Source of the DNA: Prasinococcaceae sp. CCMP 1430
Taxonomy: Eukaryota; Plantae; Prasinodermophyta
Direction of reading: 5' to 3'
Assembly (NCBI GenBank): GCA_013416795.1
Contig: RQSC01000010.1
Coordinates: 149,949 to 213,948 of the forward strand
DNA: 64,000 nucleotides
Position numbers and translations under genes: made by a program. A model generated the notes under the pieces. That model ran no database searches. It saw nothing but the letters and a program-made list of their open reading frames with translations, and had not been told where the DNA came from. Below, one piece after another: positions 22,608 through 33,786 of this stretch. Numbering within the stretch: the first letter of the stretch is position 1; the number at the start of each line of letters is the position of its first letter.

Positions 22608-24446
22608 ATGCTACGCTCGGCGCTCGGCAGCGCCCTGCGCTCGGCACGCGGCGTGGCGCGCTCGCCTGCTGCCGCGCCATTTTCCATCAGGCTGGAGCCC
22701 GCATAGGCCTGGAAGCTGCCGGCCACGTGCCCGGCGCGGTCGAGCGGGCCGCCAATATCCTGGGTGATCGCGCTGCCATCGGGCGCAAAGGTCTGGAGCG
22801 ACAGCGTGTTGCCCGCGGAGCGGTGCGCCTGGCCCTGGAAGCCCTGGTTGGAGCGCCAGATGGTGTTGTCGATCAGGCGCATCGTGTTCAGGTCGGTCGC
22901 GCTCGGCGCATAGTCCTGGGCGGCGGCGGGCGCGGCGAGTTCCGCTCGGACGCGGACGTCGCCGGTGGGCGCGTCATAGAGGACGCGGCAGCGGCGTGTG
23001 GTGCCGACGTCGTGCCGCTGGTGGTGCTCAAGCGTGGCAAGGCGCGGCTCTTTCGCGAGGGCAATCCGCTCGTGTTTGGCGGCGCCGTCGACTGCGTGAT
23101 CGGCAGCCCTCCGCCACGCTCGGGCGACCGCGTCGTGGTGACCGATGGTGCGCGCAACCCTGTTGCGTGGGGCGTCTTCAACTCAGACAGCATGTATCGG
23201 TGCGTGCGCGTGCGCTTGCGGGCCAGGAAGGCCATGTCTTGGCCCCCCTGCCCGCCTCGGCCAGCTCTCCTGTACCCCGCCATCGTGCCACACTCGGACG
23301 CGACGCTGACCCCAGCGCTGTCCACCGTGCGCCAGTGTACGCGTGCTGCAGAGCGCTGCGGATGCTGCCGCTGAGCCCGAGCTCGCGCTCGACGTGTCGC
23401 GATTATTGCGCGCGCGCGTCGCCGAGGCCGCGCGCTTGAGAGAGCTCATGGGCGTCACGCCGACCCCCGCGCAGGCCAGCGCGGGCGAGCCCACCAGCGC
23501 GTTTCGCCTCCTCAACGCTGAGGGCGACGGCCTGAGCGGTCTGGTCGTCGACGTGTTCGCGCACGCGGCGGTGGTGCAATCAAACGCCCAATGGACCGAA
23601 AACAATCGCGCGCACATCGAGGAAGCGCTGCTCAAAGAGCTCCCCTACGTGCGGCGCATCGTATGGCGGCGTAACGAGGCGATGCTCAAGCTTGAGGGTG
23701 GCGAGGACGCGCTCGAAGATGCACACGAGGGCACACTCGGCGGCGAGGGGGAGGGCGAGGGCGACAGTGGCGGCGAGGGCGACACCGTCGAGGTGTGCGA
23801 GGGCGGGCTGTCGTTCGGTGTGGACCTCGCAAAGGGTCAGAAGACCGGATTCTATTGCGACCAGCGTGATTCGCGCGCGTGGCTGCGCTCGTTGGCGGGG
23901 GTGCGGGGCGCGAGCGTGCTTGATCTATGCTGCTACACCGGTGGCTTTGCGCTTTCCGCTGCTGCGGGCGGCGCGGGGCGCGTTTTGGGAGTGGACTCGA
24001 GTGAGCGTGCGGTGACCATGGCGCAATCGAACGCGCAGCGCAACGAGGCGCTCGTCGGCGAGACCCAGCTGTCGTTCCGCGCGGGCGACGCCATCGATGT
24101 GGCGCGCGAGCTTGCGGCATCTGGGGAGCGCTTTGATATCGTCGTTCTCGACCCGCCCAAGCTCGCACCGAGCGCAAAGGCAGTGCGCAAGGCCGAGAGG
24201 AAGTACGCGGCGTTCAACGCGGCGGCGCTCGAGTGCCTGCGGCCGGGCGGTATATTGGTGACCCACTCGTGCTCTGGCGCCGTTGCGCGCAGCGGTCAGC
24301 TGCGCGAGATAGTCGAGGGGGTCGCTCTCAGGGCAGGTCGTCGCGCACAGCTCGTGCGGCGTGCGGGCGCCGCGCCCGACCACCCGGTGTCGGCATCCTA
24401 TCCGGAGTCGCAATACCTCGACTCGCTGGCGTTTGTCGTCAAGTGA
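22608..24446 (+). CDS. RlmI-like PUA-domain SAM-dependent RNA methyltransferase (organellar); first exon interrupted
   Basis: VLKRGKARLFREGNPLVF (PUA), FRLLNAEGDGLSGLVVD, QKTGFYCDQR, VLDLCCYTGGF, VVLDPPK. Intron 23200-23335. Transit-like start MLRSALGSALR. Confidence 0.9.
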
Positions 24447-24829
24447 GGCAGCCGCGCGCAAACTCATAATACGTCACCCGCGAGCCCCATTTGGGTCCAA
24501 ATGTTCGTTCATTTGGGGTTTACTGTATTATCTATTAGGGTTTATTTGGTGGCCGGCCGCGCGCGCGTGCGCATGTAGAAAGTACAGTAGAGTGGGAGCG
24601 GACGTGGCGGGTGCGCCACATCCCACCCGCGGGTGTTGCTCACGCTCGTGCGCGGCTGCACGTGTGAGTCTGCGCGAACACGCTCGGCCGCGGCGGCAAG
24701 TGGGCATGGCTGCCGCGGGGCCGCGGACCTCCGCGCGAGTGCGGCCGGCCGCGGCCGCGTGGCTCGTCAGCGCAGGCCGCCCTAGCGGCGGCGGCGTGCG
24801 CGGCCGCGCGCGCCGATGGCGTCGGGAGA

Positions 24830-25543
24830 ATGAGCGTGACGCTCACGCTTCCGCCCATCTACGCCACCGAGCTGGACTCGTGGCCAGGTGGCATCAGGCA
24901 GCAGTTCCAGGTGCTGGCAGCGTGCCCGCTGCCTGACGGCGAGACGTTCGTCAGTACGGTGCTGAGGGGGGCGTCGGGCGGAGATGCGGGTGCCACGAAC
25001 CTGACATTTCAGGAGACGGCCATCGACAAGGGTGACGCAGTCGTGCGCTTCGACCCCGCCGCCGCCGGTAGTGGCGGCGCAGGCGGCGGCGCGCCCGCGC
25101 CTGCGCGCGGTGTGTCGTTTCCGACCGCCGACGCCCTGCGCGCTCTGCGGGCGATAGCGACCGAATGCGAGGCCGAGGACAGCGCGTGCGTGCTGGTGAA
25201 TCCACAATGGACACCGCGCGGTTCGCAGGTGATCAGCGACTTTGGCGTTGGGCCGTGGGCCGCGCGCGCGTACGAGTTCGTCGAGACATTTGCCACCGTC
25301 TTCGTATACAGGCAGATCCGCATGGAGCAGCGCGAGGTCGCCATTGTGCGCGCGTATCCCAGCGGCTACGACGCGTTCGTCCTGGGCTTCGACAAGGAGG
25401 AGGACCGGCACCTGGGCTCATTTGGAGACGTCGAGCCCACGTATGACCAGCTCAAGGGTGCCATTGACGCCGCCTTCGGCGAGACGACGCTGCTGGGAAG
25501 GCTGGCCAGCGAAGCGAAGTGGAACGCCGAAAATCTCCAATAG
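24830..25543 (+). CDS. DUF1995 (LPA3-like) plastid protein; true start probably upstream
   Basis: ELDSWPGGIRQQF, VLVNPQW, QVISDFGVGPW and IVRAYPSGY resemble DUF1995 motifs. Confidence 0.75.
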   Translation: MSVTLTLPPIYATELDSWPGGIRQQFQVLAACPLPDGETFVSTVLRGASGGDAGATNLTFQETAIDKGDAVVRFDPAAAGSGGAGGGAPAPARGVSFPTADALRALRAIATECEAEDSACVLVNPQWTPRGSQVISDFGVGPWAARAYEFVETFATVFVYRQIRMEQREVAIVRAYPSGYDAFVLGFDKEEDRHLGSFGDVEPTYDQLKGAIDAAFGETTLLGRLASEAKWNAENLQ

Positions 25544-25979
25544 CGGCCGCCCCTGCAACCGTGCCGCTTGTCGTCGGGGGGGGAAGGGGGGGGGGGAGGT
25601 CGTGCCGCGGTGGACCGGCGCGTGCGCGATGTACAACAGTAAAAGCCCGTGACCGTGGCAAGCAAACTCCCGCCGTCGCGTTTGCTCAGGGATTGATATG
25701 GCGCTTAGGTGAGACTGTAGATGGTATGTGGAAGGGGGGCTAGTTTGGGGGGGGGAGCGCGGCTGCGGCAGCGAGAAGAGCGCGCAAACGCGTGTTGCTC
25801 AAGTGTAACACTACTTGTCGGAATAACATCGTGGGTTGGTCGCGGTTGTCTCCGCGACGGTAGTTTGCACTAGTTGTGCTTCTGCTGCGGTGCCAGGGGC
25901 GACGCCGAGCCTTGGATGCGGTCCTGAGCGATTCTTTTGGATCGTCGATGTTCACGCGCCAGCTCGTGCAGCTGCGCGA

Positions 25980-26582
25980 TCATGCCTGCACAGGCAAGCA
26001 GAGGGTGGCCACCGCCACCGCCGCGAAGGCTGAGGCAGCGGTGGTAATGGTGGCAGCAGCGGATGAAACGGTGTCGTCATGGCCATGACCCTCGTGATCG
26101 TGGTCGCCGTGGTCGCCGTGGTCGCCGTGGTCGCCGTGGTCGCCGTGGTCGCCGTGGTCGCCGTGGTTGTGATCGTGATCACCCGCGCCGAGATCAGCCA
26201 TTCCGAACTCGCCACCTGGCGAGCACTTGAGCGGTTCGTCGATCGATGGGTAGCCGAAACCGTCCTCGCACATGCAGTGTGCGTTTGCGCCCTCGCCCAT
26301 CACCCATCCGTGGCCGCCGCACACCTCTTCCTCGTTGTCGTGGTCGCCGTGGTCGCCGTGGTCGCCGTGGTCGCCGTGGTCGCCGTGGTCGCCGTGGTCG
26401 CCGTGGTCGCCGTGGTCGCCGTGGTCGCCGTGGTCGCCGTGGTCGCCGTGGTCCGCCTCCAGCAGCGCGCGCGCGTAACTTTTGCTTGCGCTCGCGCCGT
26501 TGCCTGCGGCCACGTCGCAGATCAGCGCCCCCACGAGCGCGGCAGCGAGCGCGGCGGCTGCGGCCGCCCGCGACACCCGCAT
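25980..26582 (-). CDS. Secreted, probably GPI-anchored (Asp-His-Gly)n His-rich protein with EGF-like module
   Basis: Signal peptide; about 13 DH(G) units; CGGHG...HCMCEDGF...C; about 7 more DHG units; then Ser/Thr and a hydrophobic tail. Confidence 0.75.
   Translation of the reverse strand: MRVSRAAAAAALAAALVGALICDVAAGNGASASKSYARALLEADHGDHGDHGDHGDHGDHGDHGDHGDHGDHGDHGDHGDHDNEEEVCGGHGWVMGEGANAHCMCEDGFGYPSIDEPLKCSPGGEFGMADLGAGDHDHNHGDHGDHGDHGDHGDHGDHGDHDHEGHGHDDTVSSAAATITTAASAFAAVAVATLCLPVQA
26340..26453. repeat. 9-bp coding tandem repeat (gtggtcgcc)n; second block at about 26100-26170
   Basis: Directly visible perfect array with period 9. Confidence 0.95.
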
Positions 26583-27040
26583 CGCGCCGATCGACGCGTC
26601 AACTGCTCTCTCCCCTCGTAGTCCCTCCCCTCCCCACTTCCCGTCTGCGAGCCCGCTGTGGCGCGCCGAGTGGCTCCCTCCCTGGATCTCGCCGCCTCCC
26701 TCTCCGCGCTGCGCGCAGGCGTCCGCCGCTGGCGCGGCTTTCCGCTCGCGCATTTCGCGCGGCGCGCGCCCGCGGCGCCCGTCAGATTCGCGGGCGCGCC
26801 CCCGGCCTATCCGCGCCCGCGCGCGCACCGCCCGCGCACACCGCGCGCGCGCTCGGGGAACGCAGGCACAGGCAGGCCATCAACCAACACGCACTCGCCC
26901 GAAACCCCACTCCCACACTTCGAAGGATCCTCGTCACGCGACGCGAGCCACGGGCCCCGCAGGGGTGATGCCCGCCCCAAAGCGCGGCGTGCGCGCCCAC
27001 GCCGCGTGCCATCACTTTCAAAGGTTCAATCGAGCGAGTG

Positions 27041-27058
27041 TAAACCCTAAACCCTAAC
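27041..27058 (+). promoter_or_regulatory. Telo-box-like motif (two tandem AAACCCT units)
   Basis: taaaccctaaaccctaac. Similar single motifs occur at 22472-22481 (tttagggttt) and 24535-24543. Confidence 0.4.
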
Positions 27059-27404
27059 AAAGCCGAGGTTGCGCGTCGTTGTTGTGTTGCGCCATGTCCA
27101 TGCGGCGAGTGCATGGACCATCTGACGGTGGGACGCGCGCGCCCGAGGCGGCCCTCATCACTCGGGGAGTCCGTCCGTCAAAACGCATGCGCAGGGCGCA
27201 GGGCGGGCGCCTTACGGTACGTACGTACCACAGGTACGGCAGGTGGCCAAGCCCTCGCTCGCTCGCTCTCACCCTCCAGCAGGCTTCGCTTCAGGCCGGC
27301 GGCGGCGAGGTGCGGGGCAGGCGGAGGAGGCCGAGGCGGCGGCGCCATCGTCGCGGCGCGGATAGAGGTGCGCTGGCGCGCGCGCGCCCGCGCGTGCCGC
27401 AAGC

Positions 27405-27657
27405 NNNNNNNNNNNNNNNNNNNNNNNNNNNNNNNNNNNNNNNNNNNNNNNNNNNNNNNNNNNNNNNNNNNNNNNNNNNNNNNNNNNNNNNNNNNNNNNN
27501 NNNNNNNNNNNNNNNNNNNNNNNNNNNNNNNNNNNNNNNNNNNNNNNNNNNNNNNNNNNNNNNNNNNNNNNNNNNNNNNNNNNNNNNNNNNNNNNNNNNN
27601 NNNNNNNNNNNNNNNNNNNNNNNNNNNNNNNNNNNNNNNNNNNNNNNNNNNNNNNNN
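27405..27657. other. Assembly gap (N run)
   Basis: Run of n. Confidence 1.
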
Positions 27658-27761
27658 GCCCGAGGCGAGCGGAGCCGAGCCGGGGCGCGCCCCTCCCGCC
27701 CTCCCGCGGCGCCGCGGGTGGGCCCGCTGGGCCTGGCCTGACCTCACCCCATCGGAGGACG

Positions 27762-29063
27762 ATGCCGAGGACCATCGTCATCGGCGCCGCGGGGGCCGTG
27801 GGCAAGCGCCTATGCGCCGCGCTGCGCAAGGCGGGGACCGAGGTCATCGCGGCCGACCGGCTGAAGCACATGCCGTCGACAGTGCGCGCGGTCGCGCACA
27901 AGTTCGTGGGCGAGGTGGACGTCCGCGACCCTGAATCGCTCAACAAGCTCTTCCGGGACCACGGAAACGAGCAGACCAACGTGTGGAACCTCGCGGCCCC
28001 GCTCTCGGTGGAGACGGCCCTGTCGCCGGAGCTGTCCGAGCAGATTGTCATCGGGGGCATGAAGAACACGCTCGCGGCGATGCAGAAGGTCGGCTGCCGG
28101 CGCATCTGCTTCACGGACTCGATCGGGTCCTTCGGCGCCACCGCGCCGCGCGACGACGCCTCGGCGAGCTGGCTGGTCGACAACCCGACGCAAGACCCCG
28201 GCAGCGACTACGGCATCCAGAAGCGCAGGGTGCGCGAGCTGCTGAACGAGTTCCGGGTCAAACACAACGGCGACCCCCGCATCGCAGTGCTGCCCGGCGT
28301 GCTCCACAGCGCGCCCGTCTGGGGCAACGGCACGACCGAGTACGCCCTCGACGCGTTGCTGGCTGCGTCGCGCGGCAGGGTGTACGACTGCCCCATCGAG
28401 CCTGACACGCAGCTGCCGATGGTCTACGTCGAGGACCTGATGCGCGGGCTGGTCGCGCTGCAGTACGCAAAGGAGGAGGAGCTGCGCGAGCCCGAGCGCC
28501 TGTACTGCATCCCCGGCGTCTCTTTCTCGCCCCGGCAGCTCTTCGACGAGATCAGGCACTTCGCCCCGGACTTCAAGGAGAGCTACGGCCCCACAAACGA
28601 GAACATGCTCAAGTTTTCCAAGCTGTGGCCCGACTCCATCTCCGCCGTGGAGGCGGAGCGCGACCTGGACTACACCCCGGATGTCAACCTGCCCCGCATC
28701 GTCGCCAGCGTGCTCAACGAGCACTCAAGCCGCAACATCAGCAACAAAGCCGCCTTCCGCTCGATCGACACCTGCGGCAAGGGTCGAATCAACGCGAACA
28801 TGCTCACGAAGTACATCACCAAGTACCTGGTGCGCGGGCGCGATGAGTTCGAGTACAAGAGCGTCCGCCGCCAAGACATGGTCGCGGACATCGTGAAGGA
28901 GGCCATGGCCCAAATGGGCGCCGACGAGGACGGCGTCGTCACGATGGGCACCTTCATGTGTTGGAGCCGCAAAAACGACCTCGACGCCCTCGTCAACGAC
29001 TTCGCGGCGCAGCACTTCATGGACTACGTGGAGCCGCCGCCGCTCGAGCGCACCACCGCGTAA
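27762..29063 (+). CDS. SDR-type L-threonine 3-dehydrogenase with C-terminal EF-hand-like pair
   Basis: GAAGAVG Rossmann motif, NLAAPLS, SIGSFG, catalytic YGIQK, GTTEYA, QLPMVYVED, WPDSI; then FRSIDTCGKGRIN and MGADEDGVVT. Confidence 0.85.
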   Translation: MPRTIVIGAAGAVGKRLCAALRKAGTEVIAADRLKHMPSTVRAVAHKFVGEVDVRDPESLNKLFRDHGNEQTNVWNLAAPLSVETALSPELSEQIVIGGMKNTLAAMQKVGCRRICFTDSIGSFGATAPRDDASASWLVDNPTQDPGSDYGIQKRRVRELLNEFRVKHNGDPRIAVLPGVLHSAPVWGNGTTEYALDALLAASRGRVYDCPIEPDTQLPMVYVEDLMRGLVALQYAKEEELREPERLYCIPGVSFSPRQLFDEIRHFAPDFKESYGPTNENMLKFSKLWPDSISAVEAERDLDYTPDVNLPRIVASVLNEHSSRNISNKAAFRSIDTCGKGRINANMLTKYITKYLVRGRDEFEYKSVRRQDMVADIVKEAMAQMGADEDGVVTMGTFMCWSRKNDLDALVNDFAAQHFMDYVEPPPLERTTA

Positions 29064-29592
29064 TGTGGGCGCCGCATATCGCGCGAGTCAAACGAACTGT
29101 GCCTTGTGCGCGAGTGGCGCGTCACGGAGCTAATGATGGAAGGCACGGGACATGCGCCACGGTTGAACGAGTGTACCATCGCCCGGGCTCACTACTCGCC
29201 CGACGCGCCAGTACGTACTTTTGGTCACGGGAACACGAGAGCAGCGCACCGGTCTCCAGGCGAAACCCGCGCGTGGAGACATTCCTGGCGCCCAGACCGA
29301 CCCCCACACCACACCACACCACACCACCCAACCCACACCGCCTACACGCCCACACACCCACGCCCCTAATATGGTACAGTATGCTGTTGCGCGGACACGC
29401 GTCGTGGACAGCAGTACAGTAGTAACGAAACGCGATGGTTATTAACATCCTGGCAGTGCCAGGAGAGCCGCGCGTGTCGCTTGCGTCTTGTTGTGTGTGT
29501 TTGTGTGTGTGCACGCGCGCGCGCACGCGCGCGCGCGGGCTCTGCGTGGCGCCTTCGCGCCGCTCGTTCGCGTTTTCGAGGCCTGCAGGGCA

Positions 29593-30560
29593 TCACTTCA
29601 GCGAGAGCGCCTGCATGCCCGCTGGGACGTCACCGTTGGATGCCAACGAGCCTCCAGAACCACGAGCCCCGCGCTTCTTCTTGTCGCGCCTGCGCGAGCC
29701 GCGGCTGCTTCCCGAGCCGGAACCGCCGCCTCCATTCATGCCAGCCGAGGCAGGGGTGGCAACGCGACCATTGCCGTTGGCAGGCGCGCCGTTGGCGGCA
29801 GGTCCTCCGCCGTTTTGTGCGAATATGCTACCAGCAGCGCTACCGAGCATGCTCATGCCTGAGGACGAGTTTGGCGCGGGCGCCCCGCTGCCCTGCGAGT
29901 GGCTGTTCATCATGGACTGTGCGAACGCGTGGAAGTCGAAGCTCGGCGGCGCCACGGCCCCGCGTGCCGGTACGCCATTGGCAAAGCCCGGTGGGATGTT
30001 CTGTGGGGCGGCACCCGGCTGCGCGTGTGGGGCTGAATTGTAGGGGGATGGCCCACCTAGCGTCAGGCTGCCACCAGCGCCGTACGGCGCAGCAGGCGGC
30101 GTGAGTGGAGCATCCGTGGGAGATGTGCCAAGCCCGTCGCCACGCGCGAACGCGAACCTCGAGCGCGACCCAAGCCCGCCTAGCGGGTCCCCATTCATAG
30201 CTGTACTTGTGGGAGGTCCGCGCATTGGGATACTTCCCAGAAGACCTGAGGATGTCGCGGACAGTGCCTGCCCCTGCTGCGCGAAAGGCTGCGCAGCCGG
30301 GACTTGGGAATCCGACGCGCCGCTGGGTGCGTCGCGAGGGAACGAGCTCGTCACCCAGTCGTCGATGCTGAAAGTGCTGTCCATGCCGCCAGGCTTGGGC
30401 TGTCCACCACCGCCAACTGGGAAGCCCCCTGCAGGGGCCATGGCCTGCGGTACAGGCGCCGGCTGCGAGAACGGCCCCGGTGCAAGCGAGGTCTGCGGCA
30501 CCTGCTGCTGCTGCCGCCGCTGCTTTTGTTCCAGCTGCTGGCCGAGTTGCGATTGTGCCG

Positions 30561-30598
<38 letters not shown>

Positions 30599-32143
30599 GG
30601 CTGCTGCTGTGGCTGCTGCTGTGGCTGCTGCTGTGGCTGCTGCGGCGGCGACTGCTGGCGGCGCGCCGCCGCTGCTTGTCGCTTCGACTGGCCGGGAGGG
30701 GGTCCAGTTTGCTGCTGCTGCTGCTGCTGCTGCTGTATCTGTGGGGCATTCGCCGGCGCCGGTTCCTGCGGCACGGTCTGTCCAAGCGTCGGCCACTGCT
30801 CCTGGGGCGTCCCATTCTGATTCACGCCTTGCCCGTGCGCCCCAGCGCGCGGTGTAGTATCGGCAACACTAGGGTAGGCCGCCCCGCCATATATGGCGCC
30901 CTGCGGTGCCCCGCGCATCACGGGCATTGTGTGCTGCCGGTGCTGCGGCGGCGGTGGCTGCGACTGCTGCTGTCGCGTGCGTGGCTGCTGCTGCTGCTGC
31001 TGAGCCGGCACCTGCTCGCGGTGAGGAGCAGTTTGCTGCTGTTTCTGTGTCTGCTGCTGGCCCTTTCGGCTACCTTCCTTCGGCTGCGCGCCAAGCGCCG
31101 GAAACGCCTGCGAGAACGCCTCCGACACCTGTGGCTGCGGCTGCGCCTGTGGAGCTACACGCATCGCACCACCGACGAGCGCGTGCCCGCGCGTGTGCAC
31201 GGGCATCTGTGCACCAGGCTGCATGTGGGGCGGCACGCCTCCTCGCCCGCCTGCAGGCTGTCCGTGCATGTGCTGTTGCTGCGGATGCTGCTGCAGCGGC
31301 TGATGCTGCTGCTGCCCTTGTGCCTGCGGTGTCGGCGCGACCGCGCGGCCGTTGCCCATCGGCGTCGCCCCGGGCGGGAAACCCCCGGGCGGGAACCGCC
31401 CGCCCTTAGCATTACCCTGTGCACCCCCCGGCGGCCCGTGCGCCGCGCCCGTGCCGGCGCGGCCGTAGGCGGCAGCGAAAGCTGCGGGCGGTGGGTGACC
31501 GGCAGGGACATTGGGATGCCCCCCCGCGCGCCAGCCGGGCGGCGGCGGCTGCGCGCCGTGCAGCACCATTACCTTCAGCTGCCTGGCGCTGCCGCCGCCC
31601 TTTGTGTGTGTTGCCGTGTGGAAATCGCCTGGCGTCTGCCCGCCGTGACCGCGCGACTGGCGCGTGACCATCTCCTCTTTGGTGAACGAGTCGCTTTCGC
31701 CGCCCTTCTCGTGCAGGTAGAGGCAGTCGGGATTGTTGCACGGCACGTTCTTCAGGAACGCGTTGCAGTACTTGGTCGTGCCGAAGCACGCGCGCAGGAC
31801 GCGCCCCTCCATTACGCAGCCATCGACGCACTCGATGCAAAGCTGGGCGTCCTCCGCGCGGGCGTACGTCACGTACGCGCTCGCCGTGGGGCCCGTGCCC
31901 GTATTGAACGTGTTGGCGCGATTGGTCGCCACCTTCACGATGCGGCCGAACTGGCCGAAGTACTCGGGTCGCCGCAGCGTCTCCTCACGCGTGATGGGCA
32001 GCGGCAGGCCAATCACGTACACGAGGTTGCGCTGGATGACGCGCACGGAAGCCAGGTGGCGGCGGCTGGCCACGCTGTCGCGCTCGCGCGCGGACACACC
32101 GCCGTTGCCGCCGTGGCCGCCGCCGTGGCCGCCGCCCGCGCCG
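29593..32143 (-). CDS. NOT4: CCR4-NOT subunit NOT4/CNOT4 E3 ligase (RING N-terminus lost in gap)
   Basis: LASVRVIQRNLVYVIGL, EYFGQFG, SAYVTY, RACFGTTKYCNAFLKNVPCNNPDCLYLHE; Gln/Pro-rich tail. Confidence 0.93.
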
Positions 32144-32538
32144 NNNNNNNNNNNNNNNNNNNNNNNNNNNNNNNNNNNNNNNNNNNNNNNNNNNNNNNNN
32201 NNNNNNNNNNNNNNNNNNNNNNNNNNNNNNNNNNNNNNNNNNNNNNNNNNNNNNNNNNNNNNNNNNNNNNNNNNNNNNNNNNNNNNNNNNNNNNNNNNNN
32301 NNNNNNNNNNNNNNNNNNNNNNNNNNNNNNNNNNNNNNNNNNNNNNNNNNNNNNNNNNNNNNNNNNNNNNNNNNNNNNNNNNNNNNNNNNNNNNNNNNNN
32401 NNNNNNNNNNNNNNNNNNNNNNNNNNNNNNNNNNNNNNNNNNNNNNNNNNNNNNNNNNNNNNNNNNNNNNNNNNNNNNNNNNNNNNNNNNNNNNNNNNNN
32501 NNNNNNNNNNNNNNNNNNNNNNNNNNNNNNNNNNNNNG
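32144..32538. other. Assembly gap (N run)
   Basis: Run of n at the position where the NOT4 RING exon is expected. Confidence 1.
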
Positions 32539-32984
32539 GGGGCGGGCGCGCCCTCCCCAGGGCGCGCGCGCTGTGGCCCCACCCCCTCCGTCCCTCCCTC
32601 TCCCGCGCGCGCGCGCGCGCGCTCGGCTGGCGGCTACGCTGGCGGCTCGCGCGCCTCGCAACCCCGCGCGCGCGGACGCGCCTCACCACCACCACTGCGA
32701 TACTACATGTACATATACATCATAATAACCCACGGTAGACATTCTCTTCCACGCGCGCACATCAAAATGCATACGATGCGTCCGTCAGTAGTACTGGAAC
32801 GCCATCGAAGGCGCGACACAGCGGCAAACGTCATATGTGCAGTTGTATCAGCTTGTATCTGGCTGGCTGGTGCCACGTCACAAGGGTGCCCGTCACCATC
32901 AGTGCGGCATGCGAGGGGGGGGGCCGCGCGCGGGGCGGCGCGGCGCGCACGGCAGACCTCGGCAGGGCGCGCTCCGTGCGCGCG

Positions 32985-33400
32985 ATGAGCAAGGCCATGG
33001 CGCAGGGCCGCACCTCGGGCATCGTGCTCAACGTGCCCACGGTGCTCACGCTGGGGCGCGCTCTCGCGGTGCCCGTGTTCGCGTGGGCCTACCTGTGCTC
33101 GGCGCCCGCGCTGGCGCTGGCGCTGTTCACGGGCGCGGCGATCACCGACTTCCTCGACGGCTACCTCGCGCGCAAGTGGGACCAGTCGACGGCGTTCGGC
33201 GCGTTCCTCGACCCGGTCGCGGACAAGCTCATGGTGGTCACCGCGATGGTGCTGCTGTCGGCCAGCCCTCCGCAGGCATGGGCGGCAGCCGGCTGGTGCC
33301 CGGAGTGGTTCCTGCCCGCCTCGGCTGCGTGCGTCGCGGGGAGAGAGCTGGTCGTGAGCGCGGTGAGGGAGTTCGCCGCGGCGGCGGGGCCGGAAGGTGC
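32985..33400 (+). CDS. PGP synthase-like CDP-alcohol phosphatidyltransferase, N-terminal half only
   Basis: NVPTVLTLGR, AAITDFLDGYLARKWDQSTAFGAFLDPVADKL (DGxxAR...GxxxDxxxD), GRELVVSAVRE. The expected GKxKT and last helices are absent. Confidence 0.8.
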
Positions 33401-33499
33401 GGGTGCGGCGGGGCGCGGGCGCGCCGTGCGGCGAGGTCGGCTCGAGCGAGCGAGCGCGGTGCTCGGCGCGGGCGCGGCACTCGGCCGGGGGCGCTCGGG

Positions 33500-33745
33500 C
33501 TCGCGGGTGCCGACGGTGCCCCTCAACGGCGTCGAGGGCACCGTGGAGATGCCAATGGCTGGCCTCGGCGTGTGGCAATACAACAGCTCGCAGGCGGAGG
33601 CCGCACTCATGACGGCGCTGTCGGTGGGGTACAACATGGTCGACACCGCGCTCGGCTACGGGAACCAGTGCGTCGCGGCGCGCGCGAGCCGCGCGCCGCG
33701 CCGCGCCGCCGCTCCTCCCCCCCGCGCATGCTGACGCGGCCGCGC

Positions 33746-33786
<41 letters not shown>

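Noticed and set aside
26100-26453. 9-bp arrays as CRISPR or satellite
   Set aside because: No spacers; they encode DHG repeats inside a coherent ORF.
27041-27058. Telomere or chromosome end
   Set aside because: Only about two units, internal, with genes on both sides; treated as a telo-box-like motif.
27180-27404. Possible exon(s) before the first N gap
   Set aside because: Splice-like signals are present but there is no recognisable product, and the gap truncates it.
30480-30740. CAG/CTG trinucleotide repeats
   Set aside because: They are the polyQ tracts of the NOT4 low-complexity tail, which is ordinary.
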